Shown here in pieces: positions 1-9,036 of a DNA stretch of 64,000 nucleotides. Location of the stretch: assembly GCA_017651315.1 (NCBI GenBank), contig JAGCDE010000056.1:49474-113473 (forward strand), in the 5' to 3' direction. A model generated the notes under the pieces. The model had not been told where the DNA came from and made no database searches. It worked only from the letters and a program-made list of their open reading frames with translations. This stretch comes from Bacteroidaceae bacterium (GTDB lineage Bacteria > Bacteroidota > Bacteroidia > Bacteroidales > Bacteroidaceae). The translations under genes were made by a program, and so were the position numbers. Position 1 is the stretch's first letter. Every line of letters begins with the position of its first letter.

Positions 1-1495
1 TGGGTACATCTGACGGGAACTTGAAGAGCAGACTGTTCTCATCAGAGTCGTATTCTCCAGCCTCAAGCGTGAAGCCCTTGATGCCAGGACCGGTGAGCGA
101 TACGGTGACACCGTCATTACCCATATACGGCTTCTTGTTGAAGAACACCTTGACCTGACGATGCTCGTCCTTTGCAGGATCCAGGTTGAATGAACCGTCA
201 TCAGGTAAAGTGGCGGTAACCTGCGGCGCGGTCAGGTCCTTGGCCATAACCGATATGGTAGGATTGAAGAAAGCCTGCTCGTCTTCGAAATCAGGCACAA
301 TCTTGCCGGCATCCACCCATTCAGTCTTATTAGCCATGGGATAGAGGCTTCCGTTGTATTTCAGCTGATAAGCCGGATCGTCCGGATTGTGGAAACTGAC
401 CTTCAGACCATCAAAATTGTCACAACTTTCATCCAGCCAGATATAGAGGTATCCGTCATCATGGTACTCCACGAAGATAGGCTCAAGCTCTTCCTCCTCT
501 TCGCCGATCAATCCTTTCAGTGAAACAATATCCACAGGAACGGGAAGCAGGCCCTCCTCGTCGGCCTTGGCCAGTTCGCTGATGTTGGTCTGATAACCGA
601 AATCAACCCTCAGGACATCGTCATTGTACTCCACACCGCCTATCATAGACTTGACCAGTGAAAGGTCATCTATATAATAGGTGGAACCGGCACCACGGAA
701 TGACAGTCTGTAGAAGAATACATCAGGCTGCAAGATATACTGGTAAGTGTTGCCGTTTTCAGGATTCTTCCAAGTCCAGTCTGCAGCCCACCAATACTGG
801 GAGTGGAGGTATGCGTTGGCAATGGAATCGTTCAGATAGTAGGTCATGGAGGTCATGCGTACCCACTGGTCATCCGGGAAACCGGATTTGTCCTGTATGA
901 ATTCAGTCCCTGAAGCACTCATAGTGAACGGTTTCCATGACTGGAACCAGCCACGGATCATGTCACACTCTACGTCGGCATCAGCACCTGAAGTCTTGAC
1001 ATAATAGGTAAGTCTGTACGATGTATTGTCCTCAATGGGAATTCCGCGGACATAAAGGTTGGCCTCATAGCTGTTGGCCTTGCTGCCGGTACCGGAAACA
1101 TACTTGAGATAATGATTTCCGCCTTCTCCTCCCAGAGCCTCCAGTTCAGCGGCATGACCGCCGGTAAAGTCTGAAATGAACTCATAGGTGTCACCGCGGG
1201 AAGCCAACGGCCTCACTTCGTTGTAAACCAGGTAGGTGGTGTCTCTCAGAATGAGATCCTCCTTCTTCAGGGAAGCGTCATACTTGTTCTGGGGATAGTA
1301 ATAGACACCGGCAATAGTGTCCCAAGCTGAAAGCGAGGAGTCCATGAATGTGGCACCGCCATCCTCAAAACCGACGAAGAAAACCCTGTCACCTTCAGCG
1401 CCGGGCAGCTCTCGGATCGATTGTGCAGAAGCACCCACGCCGAATGACATCAGCAGAGTGAATGCTGAGGTCAAAAAAACATTCTTTCTTCTCAT
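1..1495 (-). CDS. secreted protein, N-terminal part only (signal peptide plus a jelly-roll / carbohydrate-binding-module-like domain); the C-terminus lies beyond the window start
   Basis: It is missing from the ORF track because it has no stop in the window. My minus-strand translation from the ATG at 1493-1495 gives MRRKNVFLTSAFTLLMSFGVGASAQSIRELPGAEGDRVFFVGFEDGGATF... and stays open to position 1. The signal peptide ends ASA-Q. A later FRGAGSTYYIDDLSLVKS segment resembles the terminal strand of lectin/CBM-like jelly rolls. The function is inference only. Confidence 0.6.
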   Translation of the reverse strand, partial: MRRKNVFLTSAFTLLMSFGVGASAQSIRELPGAEGDRVFFVGFEDGGATFMDSSLSAWDTIAGVYYYPQNKYDASLKKEDLILRDTTYLVYNEVRPLASRGDTYEFISDFTGGHAAELEALGGEGGNHYLKYVSGTGSKANSYEANLYVRGIPIEDNTSYRLTYYVKTSGADADVECDMIRGWFQSWKPFTMSASGTEFIQDKSGFPDDQWVRMTSMTYYLNDSIANAYLHSQYWWAADWTWKNPENGNTYQYILQPDVFFYRLSFRGAGSTYYIDDLSLVKSMIGGVEYNDDVLRVDFGYQTNISELAKADEEGLLPVPVDIVSLKGLIGEEEEELEPIFVEYHDDGYLYIWLDESCDNFDGLKVSFHNPDDPAYQLKYNGSLYPMANKTEWVDAGKIVPDFEDEQAFFNPTISVMAKDLTAPQVTATLPDDGSFNLDPAKDEHRQVKVFFNKKPYMGNDGVTVSLTGPGIKGFTLEAGEYDSDENSLLFKFPSDVP

Positions 1496-1907
1496 AATCA
1501 TTAATAAGTTAGTAATATAAGTGAGTTATTTGTAACTTCGGTCAGCATTGTTCTGCAAATAAAGTCAATCTTTTTTATATATCAATATTTATCCCTTTAA
1601 AAAAAATGTTAACGTCTGAAAAGACAACACCTGACTTTTGTTATTATATACAGAATCTTATGTTTATCTCTCAATAAATTTTTCAAAAAAGAAATTTACA
1701 TATTCCGGATTTCTACAGAATTTGCCATAAAGATGATTATGGACTGTCTTTTCTATGGCTTCATCAGGCCCGGAGGGATTAATGGAGATTAAGAATCTGT
1801 CTTGATCCGTTCAGTGAAGAAGAACAGAATCACGAATAAAGAAAGAGACCGGCTCCGGAATACGGAACCAGCCTCCATCATTATCGGATCAGCAGTAATG
1901 GCTGCAG

Positions 1908-3332
1908 TTATTTCTCAGCTGCGGCCTTTGCCTCGATTGCGTGGTTTATTTCATCCATCTTCTCATCGGTGAGCTCATATTTGCTTATGATCCACATGGC
2001 AAGGAAAAGGAGAATGGCAGGAATCAGACAAAGCAGCCACAGGATACCCTGCCACTGGAATGATGAGATAGCGTCATTGGTACGCTCCGCCATGAAGTAT
2101 GGACCACCGGCGTTACCTACAGACATCATGGCGAAAGCCGTGATGAAGAAGAAGGCCAGGATTCTGAGAGGACGGTTGTGAATGAACTCCATCCAGAGGT
2201 CGCTGACCTTGACGTTTGCTGTCTCCTTCTCATCCATGACGACACGCTCCTTGCACTGGGTGAAGCAGAAGATGAGCAGGGCCAAAGCCACAAGACCGTA
2301 GATAAGCATTGTAGTGAACCATGCCTTGGGATCGGTTGTTCCATCCTGTCCGGCAGATTCACCGGGCTTGTAGTCCGTAATCCAAAGCACAAACAGAGGA
2401 ACAAAGCCTCCAAGAGCCATACCGGCCTTGAAGAAAATACCGGTAAGGGCGTTCACTATACCGGAGATACGCTTGCCGCTTGTATATTCTGAGTATGAGA
2501 TAACCTCAGGAACCAGAGCCCACATGTAACCGGTAGCGACAATGACACCGGTTGACTTGATGAACTGGCACACATTGATGATCAGGTCATTCTTCTTAAG
2601 GTCAGTAAGACCCACAATGTAGAGCAGAACCATGCCTATTATGGCTACGGACAGGAAGATATTGAACATGCCACGCTTACCAACCTTTCTCTTGATGGCG
2701 GGGACAAGGGGCATGAAAATGAATGCCGGCAGAGAACCCAGACCCATGAACAGGGCTGTACTCAATGCATTGTGAATATCACCGTAACCGGTCATCAGAC
2801 ATACGAAGATAGGTATGCCGGCACTGACCAGCAGACCACCCAGATTTGCCATGAACATACGGGTGGAGGTAAGGATTGTTATCTCGTTCGTGTCACGGGT
2901 AAGCGATGCATTCAGCGCACCATAGGGGACATTCACGAGGGTGTAGCACATTGACATACCCACGTATGTGACGTATGCATAGATTAGCTTGGCTGTCTCT
3001 GAAGCATCGGACATGCCGTTCCAGAAACAGAGAATAGCGAATCCAACCAATGGAATACCACCGAACACCAGATATGCACGGTATTTGCCAAGCTTGGGGC
3101 TGTGCTTGTCAATGTATGCGCCCACAATAGGATCCCATATCACATCAATGATACGGACCACCAGGAACATTACACTCGCATAACCTGCGGGAAGTCCGAA
3201 CACATTGGTGTAGAAAAATGCCAGCCAAATGCTTATGGTCTGGTAGATAAGGTTCTGGGCCAGGTCACCGGAACCGAATCCGATGCGCTGCATCCAGTTG
3301 AGTTTGTAGAAACCCTTGTTCTCGTTTGCCAT
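1908..3332 (-). CDS. MFS glycoside-pentoside-hexuronide (GPH):cation symporter family transporter
   Basis: 474 aa and highly hydrophobic, with about 12 TM segments. The N-terminus MANENKGFYKLNWMQRIGFGSGDLAQNLIYQ and the segment RIIDVIWDPIVGAYIDK are typical of MelB/YicJ/XynP-type GPH symporters. Confidence 0.85.
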   Translation of the reverse strand: MANENKGFYKLNWMQRIGFGSGDLAQNLIYQTISIWLAFFYTNVFGLPAGYASVMFLVVRIIDVIWDPIVGAYIDKHSPKLGKYRAYLVFGGIPLVGFAILCFWNGMSDASETAKLIYAYVTYVGMSMCYTLVNVPYGALNASLTRDTNEITILTSTRMFMANLGGLLVSAGIPIFVCLMTGYGDIHNALSTALFMGLGSLPAFIFMPLVPAIKRKVGKRGMFNIFLSVAIIGMVLLYIVGLTDLKKNDLIINVCQFIKSTGVIVATGYMWALVPEVISYSEYTSGKRISGIVNALTGIFFKAGMALGGFVPLFVLWITDYKPGESAGQDGTTDPKAWFTTMLIYGLVALALLIFCFTQCKERVVMDEKETANVKVSDLWMEFIHNRPLRILAFFFITAFAMMSVGNAGGPYFMAERTNDAISSFQWQGILWLLCLIPAILLFLAMWIISKYELTDEKMDEINHAIEAKAAAEK

Positions 3333-3389
3333 AAAATAAATCAGTTTTTATAGATTAATAATTATCGTTCGCCGAATCCAATGTGACCA

Positions 3390-3397
3390 CAAACTTA
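3390..3397 (-). promoter_or_regulatory. candidate Bacteroides -7 promoter element (TAAGTTTG) for the GPH transporter gene
   Basis: The minus strand reads TAAGTTTG, matching TAnnTTTG, 57 nt upstream of the ATG at 3332. There is no clean -33 TTTG, only a T-run. Confidence 0.35.
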
Positions 3398-3451
3398 CAA
3401 AAAAAACGTTTCAGAGATAAAAAAGTGACACATTATGTAGCGGTCTTAGCA

Positions 3452-5050
3452 CTATTGCCCCGTTTTCAGCAGTTCGACCGCCCGCTGGACGGTCTCGTCC
3501 AGAGACTGGATGACCTGGTAATATTCGTTCATTCCCCAAAGATTCCTGGCTATCATAGCTTTCAGCTGCGTCCTGTAAATGGGAAGACATGCCTCATACT
3601 CCTCCCGGTTGAATTCCACCTTGGAATCCGATGCCTTGGAAAGCATCATGGCAAGCACATCCGGCCCGACCTCATAACCGCTGTTGAAACTCCCGAAATC
3701 CTTGTAACGGCGTTCCAGCATACGCCGGTTACGCTCGGTATATTGCATGGCTGTCTGGAGCACCACGTTCTTTGCGGTCAGATTGCGGTAGTACTTGTTT
3801 GTCCGGGTGGTGTCAAGCGGGACGAACACATCAGGCATAATCCCGCCACCTCCATATACTACCCGCTTCTGAACCATAGTATTGTATTTCAGGGAATCGG
3901 GAAAGTGGATACTGTCCCTGTTGGTCAGTTCACCGTGATGCAGGCGTTCCAGGATGTCATCACCGTAATCCACGTCCTTGCCGTAAGGTTTCTGAATGCA
4001 ACGGCCCACAGGAGTATAGTATTTGGCTACAGTCAGCCTTATCAGGGAACCGTCATGAAGTTCCACAGGGCGCTGCACCAGTCCCTTGCCGAACGAACGC
4101 CGGCCCACTATGGTGGCGCGGTCCCAGTCCTGTACTGCCCCTGACACTATCTCGCTGGCCGATGCTGAATATTCGTCAATCAGTACCGCCAGCCTGCCTG
4201 TCCTGAAACGTCCGTTTCCGTCGGCCACAAACCCACTGCGTGGAGAACGTCTTCCTTCGGTATAGACCACAAGCTGGTCACGGTTCAGGAACTCATTGGC
4301 AATTCCCACTGCTGCCATGAGGAATCCCCCGCCATTGCCCTGCAGGTCCAGAATCAGTGACTCAAGTCCGTTTCCCTGCAGTTCACGGAGCTTGGTCTCG
4401 AACTCCTCTACAGTGGTGGCACCGAAATTGGACACCTTTATATACCCTATTCCCGGAGATATCATATACGCGGCATCGACCGAATTGACAGGTATCTTGT
4501 CACGTGTGATGGTGAAATGCGTCAGGCCATCCACGCCACGGCGCACGATTCCAAGGTCAACCTTGGTGCCGCGCGGGCCGCGCAAACGCTTCATGATGTT
4601 CTCCTGTGACATACTGACACCGGCAATCGCCGTATCATTCACGGTCACGATCCGGTCACCCGCCAGTATTCCGGCCCGCTCGGACGGACCGTCAGGAATA
4701 GGCTGGACTATGAACAGCGTGTCCTCGACCATATTGAACTGGACACCTATCCCGTCAAACGAACCCATCAGGGTCTCGTTGGACTTGTCGTTCTCCTCGG
4801 GGGTCAGGTAGGTGGAATGCGGATCCAGTTCCTCAAGCATGCCTTTGATCGCGCTTTCAATCAGCTTGGCCTGGTCAACATCCTCCACATAAAGGCTCGT
4901 TATGGCTGTCTCGGCCACGAGCAGTTTCTGAAGCTGCTCGTCAATCATGCTCTGCCGGCGCTGGGGCTGGGGCTGCATCATCATGCCTGGCTGAGCCACC
5001 AATGCCATCGGCAACAAAAGTGCAGCGAACAGTATCTCTCTTCTTTTCAT
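3452..5050 (-). CDS. S41 family carboxyl-terminal processing peptidase (tail-specific protease)
   Basis: 532 aa with signal peptide MKRREILFAALLLPMALVAQ. It has a PDZ-like GILAGDRIVTVND segment, LDLQGNGGGFL, and the catalytic-region motif IDEYSASASEIVSGAVQDWDRATIVGRRSFGKGLVQ. Confidence 0.9.
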   Translation of the reverse strand: MKRREILFAALLLPMALVAQPGMMMQPQPQRRQSMIDEQLQKLLVAETAITSLYVEDVDQAKLIESAIKGMLEELDPHSTYLTPEENDKSNETLMGSFDGIGVQFNMVEDTLFIVQPIPDGPSERAGILAGDRIVTVNDTAIAGVSMSQENIMKRLRGPRGTKVDLGIVRRGVDGLTHFTITRDKIPVNSVDAAYMISPGIGYIKVSNFGATTVEEFETKLRELQGNGLESLILDLQGNGGGFLMAAVGIANEFLNRDQLVVYTEGRRSPRSGFVADGNGRFRTGRLAVLIDEYSASASEIVSGAVQDWDRATIVGRRSFGKGLVQRPVELHDGSLIRLTVAKYYTPVGRCIQKPYGKDVDYGDDILERLHHGELTNRDSIHFPDSLKYNTMVQKRVVYGGGGIMPDVFVPLDTTRTNKYYRNLTAKNVVLQTAMQYTERNRRMLERRYKDFGSFNSGYEVGPDVLAMMLSKASDSKVEFNREEYEACLPIYRTQLKAMIARNLWGMNEYYQVIQSLDETVQRAVELLKTGQ

Positions 5051-5053
5051 AAA

Positions 5054-5515
5054 TCAGGATTTTGGTTTGAATGTATCAATCATCAGGCCATCTGCTTTCC
5101 TGCCAAATGAAAGCAGTTCGCGGACCAGACTGCTGCTTACATGCTGGACAGCCGGACTGGAAACCAGCAGTATGGTCTCAACTCCGTTTATCGAACGGTT
5201 TATGTCGGCCAGGTTACGTTCCCTGTCATAGTCCGTGACGGAACGGATACCGCGGAGAATGGCGTTGCACCCGTTTGCACGGACAGCATCAACGGTAAGA
5301 CCGTCGTATTCAACCACTTTGACATGGGTGTCCGACCCGTAATAGGCCCGGATGGCTTCAAGGCGCTGCAATGTGGTGTACATAGGCTTCTTGCCTTCGT
5401 TTATCCCTACGGCTATCACGACTTCGAATCCCATACCCAAGACACGTTCCACAAGATCGGCATGGCCTATTGTGAATGGATCGAATGATCCGGGAAACAA
5501 CAGTTTCATAAGCAC
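5054..5515 (-). CDS. coaD: phosphopantetheine adenylyltransferase
   Basis: 153 aa. FPGSFDPFTIGHADLVER carries the nucleotidyltransferase HxGH motif, and the ISSSLVRE-like motif VSSSLVRE is present. Confidence 0.95.
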   Translation of the reverse strand: MLMKLLFPGSFDPFTIGHADLVERVLGMGFEVVIAVGINEGKKPMYTTLQRLEAIRAYYGSDTHVKVVEYDGLTVDAVRANGCNAILRGIRSVTDYDRERNLADINRSINGVETILLVSSPAVQHVSSSLVRELLSFGRKADGLMIDTFKPKS

Positions 5516-5522
5516 ATTTTAT

Positions 5523-7481
5523 TTAGAATTTCTCACCTTCGTCCTCCTCGACCCGGTCCTCCTCGACCACGAGATTGTCAATTATGAAGTTCTGGCGCTC
5601 CATTGTGTTCTTCCCCATATAGAAAGACAGAAGGTCGTCCACGGCATCGGTCTTCTGGAGTGTGACAAGTTCCAGACGCATATCCGGACCGATGAAGTTC
5701 TTGAACTCGTCGGGGGAGATCTCTCCGAGTCCCTTGAACCGGGTTATCTCGGGATTGGGCGAAAGCTTCTCTATGGCCTGGCGGCGCTCCTCCTCGGTAT
5801 AGCAGTATATGGTCTCAAACTCACCTTTCTCCGTCACGACACCATCCACATGACCGGCAGCACCCTTTTTCCTCTTGCGTTTGTTGCGTACACGGAAGAG
5901 AGGAGTCTGGAGGATATAGACATGACCTTTCCTGACAAGCTCCGGGAAGAACTGCAGGAAGAATGTTATCATGAGCAGACGTATGTGCATACCATCGACA
6001 TCGGCATCGGTGGCCACAATGATCTTGTTGTAACGCAGGTCATCAAGCCCTTCCTCTATGTTCAGGGCCGCCTGAAGCAGGTTGAACTCCTCATTCTCAT
6101 ATACCACTTTCTTGGTCAGGCCATAGCAGTTGAGCGGCTTGCCCCTGAGACTGAACACAGCCTGGGTATTGACGTCACGGCTCTTGGTTATGGAACCGCT
6201 GGCCGAATCGCCCTCGGTTATGAAAATGCTGCTCTCCTCCTGGCGGTCGCCGCGGGAATCGTTCAGATGGATGCGGCAGTCTGCCAGCTTGCGGTTGTGC
6301 AGATTGGCTTTTTTGGCCCGCTCGCGCGCCTGCTTGGTTATACCGGCTATCTCCTTGCGCTCCTTCTCGGAATCAAGGATCTTCTTGAGTATGACATCGG
6401 CCACCTCCGGCTCCTTGTGCAACAGGTCATCGACCTCCTTCTTGATGAAATCGCCAACGAACTTGTTCAGGGACACCCCGCCGTTGGGACTCATCGTCAT
6501 GGAGCCAAGCTTGATCTTGGTCTGGCTCTCAAACACCGGCTCCTCCACATTCACGGCTATTGCCGCCACTATTCCGTTGCGGACATCGCCCGATTCGAAC
6601 GGCTTGCCGTAGAACTCCTTGATGGTGCGGGCGATATGTTCCTTGAAGGCACTCTGATGTGTACCGCCCTGGGATGTATATTGACCGTTCACGAACGAGT
6701 AGTACTCCTCGCCATACTGGTTGGTGTGGGTGAAAGCTATCTCTATGTCAGTACCCTGAAGGTGAATGATAGGATAGAGACTCTGGGCACTCATACGCTC
6801 ACCAAGCAAATCCTCAAGACCATTGCGCGACATGAGACGCTGGCCGTTGTAGATTATGGTAAGGCCGGTGTTCAGATAGGTATAATTGCGCAGCATGGTC
6901 TCTATTATGGCGGGACGGAACTGATATCCGGTAAACAGTTCGTTGTCAGGCTCGAATATCACCTGGGTGCCATGTTCGTCGGCACTGGCCGATGTGACAT
7001 CGGAGAGCAGTCTGCCACGTTCGAACCTGAGAGTACGCACCTGACCGTCACGCCAGCTGTTCACCTCAAAATGACTGCTCAACGCATTTACCGCTTTCAG
7101 GCCCACACCGTTCAGGCCAACGCTCTTCTTGAATGCCTTGCTGTCGAACTTGCCACCTGTATTCAACATGCTGACCGCCTCAACCAGCTTGCCAAGAGGT
7201 ATTCCCCTGCCATAGTCGCGGACTGAAACCCTGCCGGTATCGGCCAGCTCTATCTCGATGCGCTTGCCGGTGTTCATGCGGAACTCATCCACGCTGTTGT
7301 CAATTATCTCCTTCAGCAGCACATATATTCCGTCATCGGCCTGTGAGCCGTCCCCTAACTTGCCTATGTACATGCCAGGGCGGGTACGGATATGCTCCAT
7401 ATCGTCCATGTGGCGGATGTTGTCCTCATCATACTGCGCCTCAAGCGGTTTCCGATCAAATAGTCCGTCTGTCTCTGCCAT
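5523..7481 (-). CDS. parE: type IIA DNA topoisomerase subunit B, most likely topoisomerase IV subunit B
   Basis: 652 aa. GHKL ATPase motifs are [12 protein letters not shown] and [14 protein letters not shown]. Toprim motifs are [11 protein letters not shown] and [15 protein letters not shown]. The short length, without the long GyrB insertion, favours ParE over GyrB. That distinction is inference. Confidence 0.8.
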   Translation of the reverse strand: MAETDGLFDRKPLEAQYDEDNIRHMDDMEHIRTRPGMYIGKLGDGSQADDGIYVLLKEIIDNSVDEFRMNTGKRIEIELADTGRVSVRDYGRGIPLGKLVEAVSMLNTGGKFDSKAFKKSVGLNGVGLKAVNALSSHFEVNSWRDGQVRTLRFERGRLLSDVTSASADEHGTQVIFEPDNELFTGYQFRPAIIETMLRNYTYLNTGLTIIYNGQRLMSRNGLEDLLGERMSAQSLYPIIHLQGTDIEIAFTHTNQYGEEYYSFVNGQYTSQGGTHQSAFKEHIARTIKEFYGKPFESGDVRNGIVAAIAVNVEEPVFESQTKIKLGSMTMSPNGGVSLNKFVGDFIKKEVDDLLHKEPEVADVILKKILDSEKERKEIAGITKQARERAKKANLHNRKLADCRIHLNDSRGDRQEESSIFITEGDSASGSITKSRDVNTQAVFSLRGKPLNCYGLTKKVVYENEEFNLLQAALNIEEGLDDLRYNKIIVATDADVDGMHIRLLMITFFLQFFPELVRKGHVYILQTPLFRVRNKRKRKKGAAGHVDGVVTEKGEFETIYCYTEEERRQAIEKLSPNPEITRFKGLGEISPDEFKNFIGPDMRLELVTLQKTDAVDDLLSFYMGKNTMERQNFIIDNLVVEEDRVEEDEGEKF

Positions 7482-7515
7482 ATATAGTCATAACAAAATC
7501 AATTACCAACACATA

Positions 7516-8667
7516 TCATATAGGTCTGTAGAACACAGCCCTGCGTCTCACGATCTCCACCCCTTTGAAATAAGACCACTGTGACTGTATCTTGACGTTA
7601 TCGTCAAGTTCCGGATTGGTTTCGCCTAACGTAAATCCCATATCTGTTGCCGACTTGGTCAGCACTGAAAAGGGAATGGCACTCACCCCCTTGTTCTGAT
7701 ATTCCGGCTTTACCGCGACAAAGAGCATCTCCAGGGTTTGTGTATGCTTCCATTTCAGAGCCTTGACGATATGCCACCAACCAAAGGGAAACAACCTGCC
7801 CTTAGCTTTCTGGAGGGCAAGTGCAACCGATGACATGGACAATGCTCCGGCAACAAGTTCATCACCGGAATCCAGAACGAATACCGCCAGCCTTTTGTCT
7901 AAAAGGGGTAGATAACGTCTGACAAAACCGTCAATCTGTTTCTCCGAGAAAGCGGAATAACCGTATAGCGGAGCATACGACTCGTTTATCAGATGAAACA
8001 GCTTGTGCGCGTATATCCTGGCTTCGGCATTCTTGCTACGCCCTAACCTGGCCACATGCAGATTGTACCTTTCCATTACCGCCTTGCTCAGACGGGCCAT
8101 CTTTTCAGGCACTTCATTGTATGGTATATGACGCTCAGACCACTCAGCCGATGTGGTAAGCCCCAATTTCAGCATGTGTTCAGGATAATAGGGATAATTA
8201 TAGATGGTGGCCATGGTGCCTATGCGGTCGAACCCAAAGGTGAGCATCCCCTCCGGATCGAAATCCGTGAAACCGAAAGGTCCCTCCAGACGGTCCATGC
8301 CACGCTCCTTACCCCATGCGGCCACAGCGTCAAGCAAAGCCCCACTAACCCTGATATCATCGATGAAGTCTATCCAACCGAACCTTACCGTCCTGACATT
8401 CCAGACCTGATTTGCCTTGTGGTTGATGATGGCAGCCACACGACCGGCAATCACACCGTCCCTGAGTGCAATGAACGGCTGCACCTCACAGAACTCTAAA
8501 GCAGCGTTTCTTGACGGCTTGAAGGAATTCCTGGTATCCCTTATCAGATCAGGGACCGCATAAGGATGGTTTCTGTAAAGCTGTACATTGAACCTTGCGA
8601 AACGCCTCAACTGTCTGGCGGTCACAACCGGCACAACGGCTATCTTCTCATCTGACATTATCTCCAC
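7516..8667 (-). CDS. conserved hypothetical protein, GNAT-like acyltransferase fold suspected
   Basis: The 383-aa ORF is tightly upstream of parE. I recall this family (ARQLRRFARFNVQLYRNHPYAVPDLI..., FGWIDFIDD) being annotated as a GNAT-family N-acetyltransferase in Bacteroidota. I saw no catalytic motif that confirms it. Confidence 0.45.
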   Translation of the reverse strand: MEIMSDEKIAVVPVVTARQLRRFARFNVQLYRNHPYAVPDLIRDTRNSFKPSRNAALEFCEVQPFIALRDGVIAGRVAAIINHKANQVWNVRTVRFGWIDFIDDIRVSGALLDAVAAWGKERGMDRLEGPFGFTDFDPEGMLTFGFDRIGTMATIYNYPYYPEHMLKLGLTTSAEWSERHIPYNEVPEKMARLSKAVMERYNLHVARLGRSKNAEARIYAHKLFHLINESYAPLYGYSAFSEKQIDGFVRRYLPLLDKRLAVFVLDSGDELVAGALSMSSVALALQKAKGRLFPFGWWHIVKALKWKHTQTLEMLFVAVKPEYQNKGVSAIPFSVLTKSATDMGFTLGETNPELDDNVKIQSQWSYFKGVEIVRRRAVFYRPI

Positions 8668-8838
8668 TGAAATTCAATTCAGCGAAGATACGAATTAAAC
8701 CGCACTCGTCCCAATCCCCAAAACATTTTTTATTAACCGCCCTTCAGGACAAGACCGTGAAGCTGAAGACGGAACCGGTAAATATCGGCTGAGCCCTGAG
8801 CCGCTCCCTGCAGTCCGGAAAAAGGCGAAAGTCCTGAC

Positions 8839-8871
8839 AAAAAAAACAAACCATTCTTGCCGAATGGTTTG
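8839..8871 (-). terminator. rho-independent terminator immediately after the tRNA
   Basis: The minus strand reads CAAACCATTC-GGCAA-GAATGGTTTG, a perfect 10-bp stem with a 5-nt loop, followed by TTTTTTTT. It starts one nt after the tRNA discriminator base. Confidence 0.8.
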
Positions 8872-8945
8872 TGGGCCATCTAGGGCTTGAACCTAGGACC
8901 TCCAGATTATGAGTCTGTTGCTCTAACCAACTGAGCTAAAAGCCC
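8872..8945 (-). tRNA. tRNA with CAT anticodon (elongator Met, or Ile2 if lysidine-modified; not initiator-like)
   Basis: The minus strand reads GGGCTTTTAGCTCAGTTGGTTAGAGCAACAGACTCATAATCTGGAGGTCCTAGGTTCAAGCCCTAGATGGCCCA. The D arm is GCTC/GAGC, the anticodon loop is CTCATAA, and the T arm is CTAGG-TTCAAGC-CCTAG. The acceptor pairing GGGCTTT/ATGGCCC contains one U-U and one G-U pair. No CCA is encoded. It lacks the three G-C pairs of an initiator anticodon stem. Confidence 0.85.
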
Positions 8946-8990
8946 GGAGAAGGATTCGACTGTCCCTGAAGACAGCTCATCATTCAGCGG

Positions 8991-9021
8991 CAAAGGTACT
9001 CGTTTATACCGAATCCACAAA
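8991..9021 (-). promoter_or_regulatory. candidate Bacteroides sigma-A type promoter for the tRNA gene
   Basis: The minus strand reads TTTG (9021-9018), a 19-nt spacer, then TACCTTTG (8998-8991). This matches the -33 TTTG / -7 TAnnTTTG consensus and ends 45 nt upstream of the mature tRNA 5-prime end. Confidence 0.45.
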
Positions 9022-9036
9022 GATTTCACGTAAAAA

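Noticed and set aside
1851-1869. A short hairpin GGCTCCG-GAATA-CGGAACC just downstream of the GPH transporter stop, with a T-rich tail on the minus strand. It is a possible terminator.
   Set aside because: The stem is only 7 bp with one mismatch, and alternative pairings exist. That is not strong enough to report as a feature.
5352-7226. A 624-aa plus-strand ORF, the longest unexplained ORF in the track.
   Set aside because: It lies entirely antisense to the unambiguous type IIA topoisomerase B gene (5523-7481) and coaD. Its translation is low-complexity (Leu/Gly/Ala/Val/His-rich) with no motif. This is a shadow ORF caused by codon bias on the opposite strand.
8668-9036. I looked for an integrase, attachment-site repeats or other mobile-element remnants next to the tRNA gene, which is a common integration hotspot.
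   Set aside because: The flanks are short spacers followed directly by housekeeping genes (the GNAT-like gene/parE on one side, ribF on the other). There is no direct repeat of the tRNA 3-prime end and no integrase ORF.
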